From contig NC_000916.1 of assembly GCF_000008645.1 (NCBI RefSeq), positions 570,001-602,000 on the forward strand: 32,000 nucleotides of DNA, written 5' to 3'. The translations under genes and the position numbers were made by a program. The notes under the pieces are model-generated. The model made no database searches, was not told where the DNA came from, and was given only the letters and a program-made list of their open reading frames with translations. Positions 18,515-27,850 of this stretch are shown here, one piece after another. The stretch's first letter is position 1, and the number at the start of each line of letters is the position of its first letter. Origin of the DNA: Methanothermobacter thermautotrophicus str. Delta H. GTDB taxonomy: Archaea; Methanobacteriota; Methanobacteria; Methanobacteriales; Methanothermobacteraceae.

Positions 18515-18823
18515 TCAATCCTGGTTACGGTTAAATGGCGTGGAGGACCGGTTGGTTCTATTGTCAATGTAGACAGTGACATCGCTGGTGTTGGTTATAT
18601 TGGTTGTGTTATTCAGCACATGCTTCCTGAGGGTTACCGGTTCAAAGCCAGGGTTTCCCATGGTCTGTATCTTTTCTTCGGAGGGAAGGATGTCAGTGGG
18701 TAGCTCAACTGCAAAGGATGGCTTTAGAAGTATACACATGGTCGATGAAAACCCGTAGGCAATTAAAGCTATCATGAGGATCGCGAAAAGCCTTCCCTTC
18801 TTTGTTGAGTTCAATGGTAACAC
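18515..18823 (-). CDS. Small hypothetical secreted or membrane-anchored protein, N-glycosylation-sequon rich
   Basis: About 100-aa ORF with an N-terminal hydrophobic anchor ([15 protein letters not shown]), then [10 protein letters not shown] and NRTNRS. The start is ambiguous (GTG 18823, or TTG 18814 after GAGGTG). Confidence 0.45.
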   Translation of the reverse strand: MLPLNSTKKGRLFAILMIALIAYGFSSTMCILLKPSFAVELPTDILPSEEKIQTMGNPGFEPVTLRKHVLNNTTNITNTSDVTVYIDNRTNRSSTPFNRNQD

Positions 18824-18850
18824 CTCTCTACTTTTTTTATTCTCATGATA

Positions 18851-18858
18851 TTTATAAT
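18851..18858 (+). promoter_or_regulatory. TATA box (TTTATAAT) of the first amt-glnK operon
   Basis: It lies about 85 nt upstream of ATG 18943 in an AT-rich context. Confidence 0.45.
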
Positions 18859-18872
18859 GTTGGTAGATTTTC

Positions 18873-18886
18873 GGAAGTAGGTTACC
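18873..18886 (+). promoter_or_regulatory. NrpR-operator-like inverted repeat, one mismatch (GGAA-GTAGGT-TACC)
   Basis: It starts 15 nt downstream of the TATA box, which is about where transcription should start. Compare the Methanococcus NrpR operator GGAA-N6-TTCC. Confidence 0.4.
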
Positions 18887-18942
18887 GGCATCCTTATATT
18901 GGTGATTGCAGATATGTTAGGCACATCCAAAAGGAGAGTGAT

Positions 18943-20166
18943 ATGATGCTAAATTCAGGTGATACAGCATGGATGTTGATCTCAACTGCACTCGTGATAC
19001 TAATGACGGTGCCAGGGGTTGCTATGTTCTATTCTGGTTTAACAAAACGTGAGAATGTTCTGAACACCATCTTTCTATCATTTGTTTCCCTTGGCATTGT
19101 GAGTCTGCTCTGGTTTCTGTTTGGATATGGTCTAATATTCGGCGGGGATGTTTCAGGGATCATAGGATCCCATCAGGTGGGCATCAGCCTTATTAATTTA
19201 GGGTCTGCTTCAAAATATGCTCCAACAATCCCCGAAGGACTCTTTGCAATTTTTCAGATGACCTTTGCTGCAATAACAGTTGCCCTGATTTCTGGCGCTG
19301 TGGTGGAAAGGATCAAATTCTCGTCATGGATACTGTTCATCCCCCTCTGGTTTGCACTCGTATATGTACCCGTGGCCCACTGGGTATGGGGCGGAGGATT
19401 CCTGCAGAACCTTGGTGTTCATGATTTCGCAGGGGGAATTGTGGTGCACATCACCAGTGGCATAGCCGCCCTTGCCCTTGCCCTTGTTACTGGTCCAAGA
19501 TATGACCAGAAACTGATGCCACATCACCTTGGATATTCTGTTATAGGTACCGGTCTTCTCTGGTTTGGCTGGTTTGGATTCAACGCCGGTTCAGCCCTCT
19601 CTGCCGGATCCCTTGCAGCTAACGCCATGATAGTGACAAACACCTCTGCAGCGGCGGGTATGATAGGATGGATCCTCATGGATAGACTTAAAACCGGAAA
19701 ACCAACACTTCTTGGCGCTCTTTCTGGAGCAGTTGCAGGCCTGGCATCAATAACACCTGCAGCAGGTTTTGTGGATATAGGTGCCTCCATTGTCACCGGA
19801 CTTGTGGCAGCTGTTATATGTTATCTTGCAGTTTCATGGCTGAAGCCAGCTGCTGGATATGATGATGCGCTTGATGTATTTGGGATTCACGGTGTTTCAG
19901 GGATCATAGGAACCCTTGGAGTTGGTTTATTTGCAGTTCCAGCCCTAAACCCATCTTTGACCTCAGGAGGTCTTTTAACTGGAAGCACATCCCTTCTTGT
20001 CAGTCAGCTGATTGGTGTTGTCACCGTCACTGTCTACACCTTCGTCGTTACATATATCCTTGCGATGCTGCTGATGAAATTTAAGGGGCTCCGTGTTGAA
20101 AGGGAAGAGGAAATTCAGGGACTTGACATAAATCTCCATGAGGAAACAGGTTACAGACTGACATGA
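18943..20166 (+). CDS. amt: Ammonium transporter (Amt family), copy 1
   Basis: The track ORF starts at 18802, but SD AAGGAGAGTGAT precedes ATG 18943 ([18 protein letters not shown]...). Amt signatures are present: [35 protein letters not shown]. Confidence 0.95.
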   Translation: MMLNSGDTAWMLISTALVILMTVPGVAMFYSGLTKRENVLNTIFLSFVSLGIVSLLWFLFGYGLIFGGDVSGIIGSHQVGISLINLGSASKYAPTIPEGLFAIFQMTFAAITVALISGAVVERIKFSSWILFIPLWFALVYVPVAHWVWGGGFLQNLGVHDFAGGIVVHITSGIAALALALVTGPRYDQKLMPHHLGYSVIGTGLLWFGWFGFNAGSALSAGSLAANAMIVTNTSAAAGMIGWILMDRLKTGKPTLLGALSGAVAGLASITPAAGFVDIGASIVTGLVAAVICYLAVSWLKPAAGYDDALDVFGIHGVSGIIGTLGVGLFAVPALNPSLTSGGLLTGSTSLLVSQLIGVVTVTVYTFVVTYILAMLLMKFKGLRVEREEEIQGLDINLHEETGYRLT

Positions 20167-20236
20167 ACACAGATTTAAACATGGTTCACAGAAGTACTTA
20201 TAAGAAATCCGGTTAAGGATATTTAAGGTGAAGACC

Positions 20237-20575
20237 ATGAGGAAAATCACAGCAATTATCAGAAGGGAGAAACTTGAGGATGTTAAGGATGCTCTGGAGC
20301 TTATGGGAATCCACGGGATGACGGTTTCAGATGTGAAGGGAAGGGGTCAGCAGATGGGTATCCGGGAGAGCTACCGTGGAATGGACTACTGTGTTGATCT
20401 CCTCCCAAAGGTTCAGCTTGAGATCGTGGTTGATTCAGAGGACCTTGAAAGGACTGTTGAGGCGATATCTGAAAATGCCAGGACCGGGGATGTGGGTGAT
20501 GGAAAAATCTTTGTAACCGATGTAATTGATGTTGTTAGGATAAGGACAGGTGAACACGGCAGAGATGCCATCTAG
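20237..20575 (+). CDS. glnK: PII nitrogen-regulatory protein (GlnK/GlnB family), copy 1
   Basis: 112 aa from ATG 20237 (SD AAGGTGA): MRKITAIIRREKLEDVKDALE...GRGQQMGIRESYRGMDY (T-loop)...GDGKIFV. Confidence 0.95.
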   Translation: MRKITAIIRREKLEDVKDALELMGIHGMTVSDVKGRGQQMGIRESYRGMDYCVDLLPKVQLEIVVDSEDLERTVEAISENARTGDVGDGKIFVTDVIDVVRIRTGEHGRDAI

Positions 20576-20677
20576 GAAATTAAACAATTATTTTTATTTA
20601 ACATATTTCAGTAATTGAGGTTATTATCTAAACTTGTTTTACTCAGCATACATTTATCTGAAACTATATCCGAAAGA

Positions 20678-20686
20678 TTTATATAT
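20678..20686 (+). promoter_or_regulatory. TATA box candidate (TTTATATAT) of the second amt-glnK operon
   Basis: AT-rich intergenic region. A second TATA-like element, GATATAAAT, lies at about 20739-20747, so the assignment is ambiguous. Confidence 0.4.
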
Positions 20687-20711
20687 CAGCATCATCTTAC
20701 TCTCATTGTCG

Positions 20712-20725
20712 GAAGTTACCTTCCT
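20712..20725 (+). promoter_or_regulatory. Perfect NrpR-type operator GGAA-GTTACC-TTCC
   Basis: Read directly as tgtcGGAAGTTACCTTCCtatttccg. It is nested in a larger CGGAA...TTCCG symmetry and starts 26 nt after the end of the upstream TATA candidate. Confidence 0.55.
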
Positions 20726-20780
20726 ATTTCCGACTATGATATAAATTGTTGGAGAGAAAAAATATAATTAAGAACAATAT

Positions 20781-22368
<1,588 letters not shown>

Positions 22369-22400
22369 TTTTTTAATTCATTGCTTTCATTTTTTAAAAA
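22369..22400 (+). terminator. Multiple oligo-T tracts after glnK copy 2
   Basis: The sequence reads TAA-TTTTTTAATTCATTGCTTTCATTTTTT. Confidence 0.45.
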
Positions 22401-22523
22401 CTACTTAATCCCACCCTATTTTTCTTTTCAGGTTTTAAATTAAAGAACTATTTAATTACATATAAATACATGGAAACCCCAAGTAAGTATCAGATCTGGG
22501 GTGGGGATTTGAAGGGACATGTT

Positions 22524-23033
22524 ATGTTTATTACAGTAATAGCATCTGTTTTTTTACTTGGAGTTGTATCTGCGGACACAGGGAATAACACGACAAACAC
22601 TACTACTTCACTGAATACAACTGCAGTAGAACCCCTTGCGAGTGGTATCCAGATTTCTGTAACACCCACAGCCCTCAACCTTGGCACCGTGGACCCCGAT
22701 GGTCTTGAGAGAGCATATTACTCCATAACAGATGTATCTATAAGAACAAGCGGCGGGATCCTGAGGGTCTCTGTAAGGGCCAGTGGCGACCTCATAAGTA
22801 TCAACAACAGCTCAAACAGAATACCACTCTTAAACCTCAAATACAGCATAAAATATTGATGCCCCTACGGGCCCATAGATGTTCCAAAGAGAAGCTTCAC
22901 AACAAGATACTACACTTTCTGGACCTACAGAGGCTCAGTTAATATAAAAATCCCTGTAAATTATTATCTGACTGTGCCGCCCTATACAGACCCCGGAACA
23001 TACAGGGTAACTGTCACCTACAGGGCCCTTTAA
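22524..23033 (+). pseudogene. Secreted beta-rich protein (signal peptide plus Asn/Thr-rich linker) interrupted by an in-frame TGA at 22857-22859
   Basis: The track ORF 22470..22859 stops at TGA, but the same frame stays open for 57 more codons with no start codon (CPYGPIDVPKRSFTTRYYTFWTYRGSVNIKIPVNYYLTVPPYTDPGTYRVTVTYRAL*) to TAA 23031-23033. The likely start is ATG 22524 (MFITVIASVFLLGVVSADTGNNTTNTTTS), downstream of TATA-like CATATAAATA. Confidence 0.6.
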
Positions 23034-23058
23034 AGATTAAAAATAATAAAGGATGGAT

Positions 23059-23940
23059 TTACCATCCTCTATCCTGCATTCTGCCCTCTTCAGGGATTTC
23101 GCTGATTTCCAGCCCCCTCATTGCTGTTCCAAGTCCCCTTGAAACCTCTGCTATAACCTCAGGGTCATCATAGTGAGCTGTGGCCTCAACTATGGCTCGG
23201 GCATACCCCTCAGGGTTGTCTGATTTGAATATACCTGAACCAACAAAGACACCGTCGGCTCCAAGCTGCATCATGAGGGCCGCATCTGCAGGTGTTGCAA
23301 CCCCCCCGGCTGCAAAGTTAACCACAGGAAGCTTTCCAAGTTTCGCTGTTTCCCTGACAAGTTCAAGGGGGGCCTCAATCTTTCTTGAAACCTCCCAGAG
23401 CTCCTCTTCCTCCTTGTTCTGGATCTCCCTGATCTCACTCATCATTATCCTCATGTGCCTAACTGCCTCAACGATGTTGCCTGTTCCTGGTTCCCCCTTG
23501 GTCCTTATCATGGCGGCCCCCTCATCTATCCTTCTGAGGGCCTCTCCAAGGTTCCTTGCACCGCAGACAAATGGTACAGTGAATTTCTTCTTGTCTATGT
23601 GGAACCTCTCATCAGCAGGTGTCAGGACCTCACTCTCATCTATCATGTCAACTCCTAGGGCCTCGAGGACCTGGGCCTCCACGAAGTGTCCTATCCTGAC
23701 CTTGGCCATGACCGGTATGGACACCGCATCCATTATCTCCTGGACCTTGTTTGGATCAGCCATCCTTGCAACTCCACCTGAAGCCCTTATATCAGCAGGT
23801 ACCTTTTCAAGGGCCATGACAGCGACTGCTCCTGAATCCTCTGCAATTGCTGCCTGTTCAGCGTTGACAACGTCCATTATAACGCCGCCCTTGGTCATCT
23901 TTGCAAATCCCTTCTTGAGTACTTCTGTACCATGCAGCAT
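23059..23940 (-). CDS. pdxS: Pyridoxal 5'-phosphate synthase, lyase subunit PdxS
   Basis: 293 aa: ...[35 protein letters not shown]-like block, ...[32 protein letters not shown]..., ...[42 protein letters not shown]. Confidence 0.97.
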   Translation of the reverse strand: MLHGTEVLKKGFAKMTKGGVIMDVVNAEQAAIAEDSGAVAVMALEKVPADIRASGGVARMADPNKVQEIMDAVSIPVMAKVRIGHFVEAQVLEALGVDMIDESEVLTPADERFHIDKKKFTVPFVCGARNLGEALRRIDEGAAMIRTKGEPGTGNIVEAVRHMRIMMSEIREIQNKEEEELWEVSRKIEAPLELVRETAKLGKLPVVNFAAGGVATPADAALMMQLGADGVFVGSGIFKSDNPEGYARAIVEATAHYDDPEVIAEVSRGLGTAMRGLEISEIPEEGRMQDRGW

Positions 23941-24091
23941 GATAAATCTCCTCCATCAGAATGATCATTATTATCTTTGAAAATAAAGGGTTAAATATCT
24001 ATTGCAGCAGTTCATGGCACCGGTATGCACAAGGTATTTAAGAATCCCCACCATATAATTCACAGTTAAAAAAAGCGTGTTAGTGATTCAA

Positions 24092-24286
24092 ATGGTTGCT
24101 GGAACATTCACCGGATCTGTGATCTACTCCCATGCAATACCTGCACTTATGGGATTCCTGAGCATGATTCTGATATGTAATGGTGTTATGGATGATAACC
24201 GGGACCAGGTCCTTGCAGGTGTGGGCATATTCTTTGCAGCCGGACTCTTACCCTTCATCATCCTGCCCTTCATCCTGGGAATCTAG
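24092..24286 (+). CDS. Small hypothetical two-helix membrane protein
   Basis: 64 aa from ATG 24092 (after GTGAT): MVAGTFTGSVIYSHAIPALMGFLSMILICNG...GVGIFFAAGLLPFIILPFILGI. No family recognised; it could be spurious. Confidence 0.4.
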   Translation: MVAGTFTGSVIYSHAIPALMGFLSMILICNGVMDDNRDQVLAGVGIFFAAGLLPFIILPFILGI

Positions 24287-25113
24287 TCAGATTTCACCCT
24301 CAAGTTTTCTTGTGGCCATTAGGGATGCAAACCTTCCAGCCGCCTCCGGCCCCACCATTCTTCTGGCATGTACATAGGCTGCCATGTAGGTATCCCCAAG
24401 GCCGTGGGGTCAAGTTCTCTCACAGCCCTCACAGCCCTTATCCTTGTTCTGGAGCCGCCATGGCAGATGACTGAACCCCTCCTGCCGCATGTTACCACCG
24501 CCTCAGGGGTATGCTCAGCCAGCATACGCAGAGCCCTCAGAGGGTTATCTGAGATTGTCCCGAGTTCATTCACATCAAGGAATACACCATCCCCTGCCTC
24601 CATGACCCTCCATATGTGCCCTGCATGTTTCAGTATTACACTCCTTCCCTGAGGGTGCCTGAGGTAACCCTGGAGTCCTGTGTAGAGCCTGTACCTTTCA
24701 CCCAGGAATTCCAGGGTCCTGAGGGGTATGTCTGATGGGAGGAGGGGTCCTGCGAGCACTGCAGTCCAGTCCAGTGATGCAAGGCCTTCAAGGTCCTCCA
24801 CCTCTATGGGGTTTTCAGCAAAGTTTGACCTCTGAGTCCTTCCTGCAGTATCCCCGTTGGAGTAGATATTTTCAAATTCAACTGTACGGTCATGGTATAC
24901 AGGCACAATCCTTGTTTTATCCGGGAATTCCTCAAGAAGTTCGGAGTCATCCTCTGAGATGGTCACAAGGGCTGTGTGACGGACTCCAAGGTGGGACAGG
25001 AGTCTTGAGTAGTAGTAGACCGCACCACCAGCCTTCACCTCATGGGAGTCCCCTCTCACTATATGGTCCCTGCTTACCGGACCGATAAGGAGGTAACCTT
25101 CCCCTGAGCTCAC
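24287..25113 (-). pseudogene. PfkB-family (ribokinase-like) sugar/nucleoside kinase with an apparent 1-nt frameshift just before the catalytic DPTG-x-GD motif (or a sequence error)
   Basis: Track ORF 24319..25113 ends ...VRELDPTALGIPTWQPMYMPEEWWGRRRLEGLHP*. Shifting frame at about 24394-24409 gives ...DPT(G)LGDTYMAAYVHARRMVGPEAAGRFASLMATRKLEGEI*, ending at TGA 24289-24287. That is the PfkB C-terminal signature. Its GTG start overlaps the upstream stop (GTGA). Confidence 0.7.
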
Positions 25114-25793
25114 CCGGGCCTCACCATCCCTTCATGGAGTGCCCTTCCAACAAGAGCCGCCCTGACACCCATAGCCTCAAGTTCAGGTATCTCCTCAGGG
25201 AGAACACCACCCCCGGGTATTACACGCTCGATAAGGGGTCTGAAGAGTTCAAGGAGTTCCCTGTTGAAACCAGAGGATGTACCGACGGACCCGATATCCA
25301 AGAGGATTATGTCTACTTCATATCCCATCAGGAGGTCCCTTAATTCCTCAAGTCCAATCTCAAGGTTTCTTGAGTGGAGCCTCATGTCCTTAACGTCCAC
25401 GCTGACAACGGTCCTCTCAGGAGGATAGTTCCTGAGGATCTCCTCCAGCTCCTCTGTGCTCTCAAGGGTCTCCGTTGCAACAACGACCCTTGATGCGAAT
25501 TCAAGCATGAAGTGGAAGGTTTCGAGATCCCTGACACCGGCATCAAGGATCACGGGGAGGACATGGTTCACCCTCCTCACTGCCTCAAGGTTTGATCCTG
25601 TGCCCTCGATGGCATCGAGGTCCGCTATGTAGATTGACCTTGCACCTGCTGCCCTGAGGGATAGTGCAATGTTAACTGGATCCGGTGACGGTGAATATAC
25701 TGACTCCAGGGGCCTGTATTTTTCACGTTCACCGGATTTGCCGGATACCGCGATACCATCCATTAAATCAATAACAGGTATGATCTCAAGCAT
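25110..25793 (-). CDS. HisA/HisF-family (beta/alpha)8-barrel protein, a paralogue outside any histidine operon
   Basis: 227 aa: MLEIIPVIDLMDGIAVSGKSG..., IYIADLDAIEGTG, ...VIPGGGVLPEEIPELEAMGVRAALVGRALHEG. This matches the HisA-type N- and C-terminal phosphate-binding blocks. Confidence 0.8.
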   Translation of the reverse strand: MLEIIPVIDLMDGIAVSGKSGEREKYRPLESVYSPSPDPVNIALSLRAAGARSIYIADLDAIEGTGSNLEAVRRVNHVLPVILDAGVRDLETFHFMLEFASRVVVATETLESTEELEEILRNYPPERTVVSVDVKDMRLHSRNLEIGLEELRDLLMGYEVDIILLDIGSVGTSSGFNRELLELFRPLIERVIPGGGVLPEEIPELEAMGVRAALVGRALHEGMVRPG

Positions 25794-25938
25794 CGGTATA
25801 ACTCCTGACTAGCTCAATTCTGAATATTTTATGTGTATGGAATACTTAAAGCTTCATGTAAATAGCAGGGATCTAAAAAATAGGGGTCTACAATAAAAAG
25901 AGCAGTACTTGCTGTGGAAATAAGTGAAAGGCGGTCCA

Positions 25939-26223
25939 TTATCCCTGGACCATTATGAGTTTACCTGTCTTGGGGTCACGGTAGACTGTTCCCATCTCAA
26001 CGTATCCCTGACCCGAACCCGAAGTGGTCTGTGGAGTGTCGTTAAGTTCCTGACCCTTCTGGACCTCAACAGCCTTTTTCATGGCCTCCATGGTCTCCTG
26101 TCTCTCCTGGGGAGTCATATCTGCAAATACAACGTTCTGCATGTTCCATGAGAGTACCAGGAATATCAGGAAACCGACTGAGAGTACCAGCATGGCGTCA
26201 ACCAGGTTGGCGCTTCCAGCCAT
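25939..26223 (-). CDS. ExbD/TolR-like small membrane protein (DUF2149-type)
   Basis: The track ORF starts at 26277, inside the upstream gene. I use ATG 26223 (SD GAAGAGGA), 10 nt after the ExbB-like stop. MAGSANLVDAMLVLSVGFLIFLVLSW carries the L-V-D-x-M-L-V-L Asp-in-TM motif of ExbD/TolR, followed by a periplasmic-type tail of about 60 aa. Confidence 0.7.
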   Translation of the reverse strand: MAGSANLVDAMLVLSVGFLIFLVLSWNMQNVVFADMTPQERQETMEAMKKAVEVQKGQELNDTPQTTSGSGQGYVEMGTVYRDPKTGKLIMVQG

Positions 26224-26233
26224 GGGGTCCTCT

Positions 26234-26914
26234 TCATTTTGATCCGAGAGGAGCCTTCGCCGGCGTCTGAGTGGCATTATCCATCACCTCCAGCACTGCC
26301 TCGGCCATTGTCTCAAGATTTGAGAGGTACTCCTCATACCATCTTCTCCTGACCTTGGAGATGATGTATGCTATACCCCCTGATGCAAGTCCCACAACTG
26401 TTGTATCGAAGGCTATGATGATGGCCTGGGCCAGTGTATTGATGTCACCTGCCCCGAGGGCTGCGAGTCCTGGACCCATGGGTATGAGTGTCCCCATCAG
26501 TCCAAGGGTTGGGCCGAGTCTGGTTACAATGTCTGTCTTCTCAAGGCTCTTGGCAGCCCTGAGTTCCTCATTCTCTATCAACTTCCTTGCGAGGGCCTCC
26601 CTTGATTTTGGTCCGAGTTCAGCTGTCCCTGCGATATCAGTGAGCACGGCCTTCTGGCTCTGTGGTATGTCCATCGAATCGACGACCTCAATTATCTTTT
26701 CAGGGGTTCCTGGGTTTGAAATTGATTTTATTGCCGATTCAAGTTCCTTAACATCAGTCCTTATCCTTCCAGAGTACTCTGATATGAGCCCTCCGAGGGT
26801 CACTATGGCGTATACCATGAATAACAGTAGACCTGCTATAACCGGTATGAGGAGGCTCTGGGAGACAACGTGTAGTGCACCGCTCAGTATCTCACTGCCG
26901 GGTACTGCAACCAT
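26234..26914 (-). CDS. MotA/TolQ/ExbB-family proton-channel protein
   Basis: 226 aa with three TM segments. The C-terminal core [19 protein letters not shown]...[24 protein letters not shown] resembles the ExbB/TolQ LGLLGTV...A(L/F)xTTxxGL blocks. SD AGAGGTGAT. Confidence 0.85.
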   Translation of the reverse strand: MVAVPGSEILSGALHVVSQSLLIPVIAGLLLFMVYAIVTLGGLISEYSGRIRTDVKELESAIKSISNPGTPEKIIEVVDSMDIPQSQKAVLTDIAGTAELGPKSREALARKLIENEELRAAKSLEKTDIVTRLGPTLGLMGTLIPMGPGLAALGAGDINTLAQAIIIAFDTTVVGLASGGIAYIISKVRRRWYEEYLSNLETMAEAVLEVMDNATQTPAKAPLGSK

Positions 26915-26930
26915 ATCATATCACCTCTTT

Positions 26931-27641
26931 CTATTCTATGAATGTGCTTTTTCTCTTGTTAAGGTATATTCCAAGCCCCATCAGCGCGAGGGTTCCAAGG
27001 ACGACGTATATTATTGTGTCTATCCCCGGCACCGTGAGGGGTGTCATCTTCATGCTCATGACGCTGTTCACGTTGGGGAGCACGATGGCAGCTGTCAGGA
27101 AGTATAGACCAGCAAAGAGCATGAAGTTTCCAAGTAGAACCGGGTATGGTTTCTTGATGGCGGCTGCGATCCCGTTGGCAAATACATAGAAGAAACCTAT
27201 GAATGCTGCAAGGATTATTCCTGAGTACTTGCCAAGTGTAACCGCAGATACTCCTATTATCGGTGATACCAGAATTATGCTGACGATGACCGCCCCGAAA
27301 CAGCAGGGGCAGGGTGCAACCATAGCCACACATGCAGTCTTTGCTGTGTCACGCCTGTGTTCTTTCCACTCACGGAGAGTGTGGACACCTGCGAATATGA
27401 GAATGGCTGCCATTATGATTGTTATGAGCGAACTGTAGGTGTTGAAGAAGCCCTGAACCGAGTTCATGTAGGCATTTGCCAGTGCTGAAAGGGCATAAAT
27501 CCCTAGACCGTAACCTGCGGTTATTAGGGCCGCCATCTTCCTTGATAGGCCTGCAAAGCCCATTGCCAGTCCAATCTTCACACCGAATATCAGGAGAACC
27601 GATAGGATTCCTGCCTGCCACAGTAGATTTGCAATGTCCAT
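26931..27641 (-). CDS. Polytopic membrane protein with an intramembrane C-x6-C-P-C-C motif (DUF2162-like); putative metal permease
   Basis: 236 aa from ATG 27641 (SD AAGGTG). It has about 6-7 TM helices and the motif TACVAMVAPCPCCFGAVIV at nt 27300-27332. Its stop lies 16 nt before the ExbB-like start. Confidence 0.7.
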   Translation of the reverse strand: MDIANLLWQAGILSVLLIFGVKIGLAMGFAGLSRKMAALITAGYGLGIYALSALANAYMNSVQGFFNTYSSLITIIMAAILIFAGVHTLREWKEHRRDTAKTACVAMVAPCPCCFGAVIVSIILVSPIIGVSAVTLGKYSGIILAAFIGFFYVFANGIAAAIKKPYPVLLGNFMLFAGLYFLTAAIVLPNVNSVMSMKMTPLTVPGIDTIIYVVLGTLALMGLGIYLNKRKSTFIE

Positions 27642-27681
27642 GATCCACACCTTCCACCTTCAAGTTTTGTGATAATTAGTA

Positions 27682-27689
27682 TATAAATT
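27682..27689 (-). promoter_or_regulatory. TATA box (TTTATATA on the minus strand) for the DUF2162-ExbB-ExbD operon
   Basis: The minus strand reads AATTTATATACTAATTATCACAAAACTTGAAGGTGGAAGGTGTGGATCATG, placing it about 40 nt upstream of the ATG. Confidence 0.5.
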
Positions 27690-27823
27690 AAATTATTACA
27701 GTTCCCTAAATTAAACGCCAATTTTTATTACTACATTTTTTATTACTGAGATCCGGATCCAGATAATAATTCATTCAAATAAATTTTATTTAAATTAAAG
27801 TTAATGTGATATTTAAGTTTTTT

Positions 27824-27836
27824 CAAAAGAAAAAAT
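27824..27836 (-). terminator. Oligo-T tracts just after the CobN-like stop
   Basis: The minus strand reads TAA-CCCCTTCCCCAATTATTTTTTCTTTTGAAAAAAC. Confidence 0.4.
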
Positions 27837-27850
27837 AATTGGGGAAGGGG

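Noticed and set aside
22857-22859. TGA read as selenocysteine.
   Set aside because: To my knowledge Sec decoding in Archaea is confined to Methanococcales and Methanopyrus. I see no obvious SECIS-like GC-rich stem-loop in the short 3' region (23034-23058). The context (a surface beta domain, followed by Cys) is not a redox motif. A nonsense mutation, sequencing error or read-through is more parsimonious.
26959-27333. 124-aa alternative-frame ORF on the same strand inside the permease gene.
   Set aside because: It is Arg/His/Cys/Gly-rich nonsense composition. The overlapping frame encodes a coherent 7-TM protein with proper SD and operon spacing.
27745-27765. Palindrome GAGATCCGGATCCAG (ATCCGGAT core) in the CobN/permease spacer.
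   Set aside because: It is a short 8-bp palindrome about 65 nt upstream of the TATA box with no second copy. The evidence for a regulatory role is insufficient.
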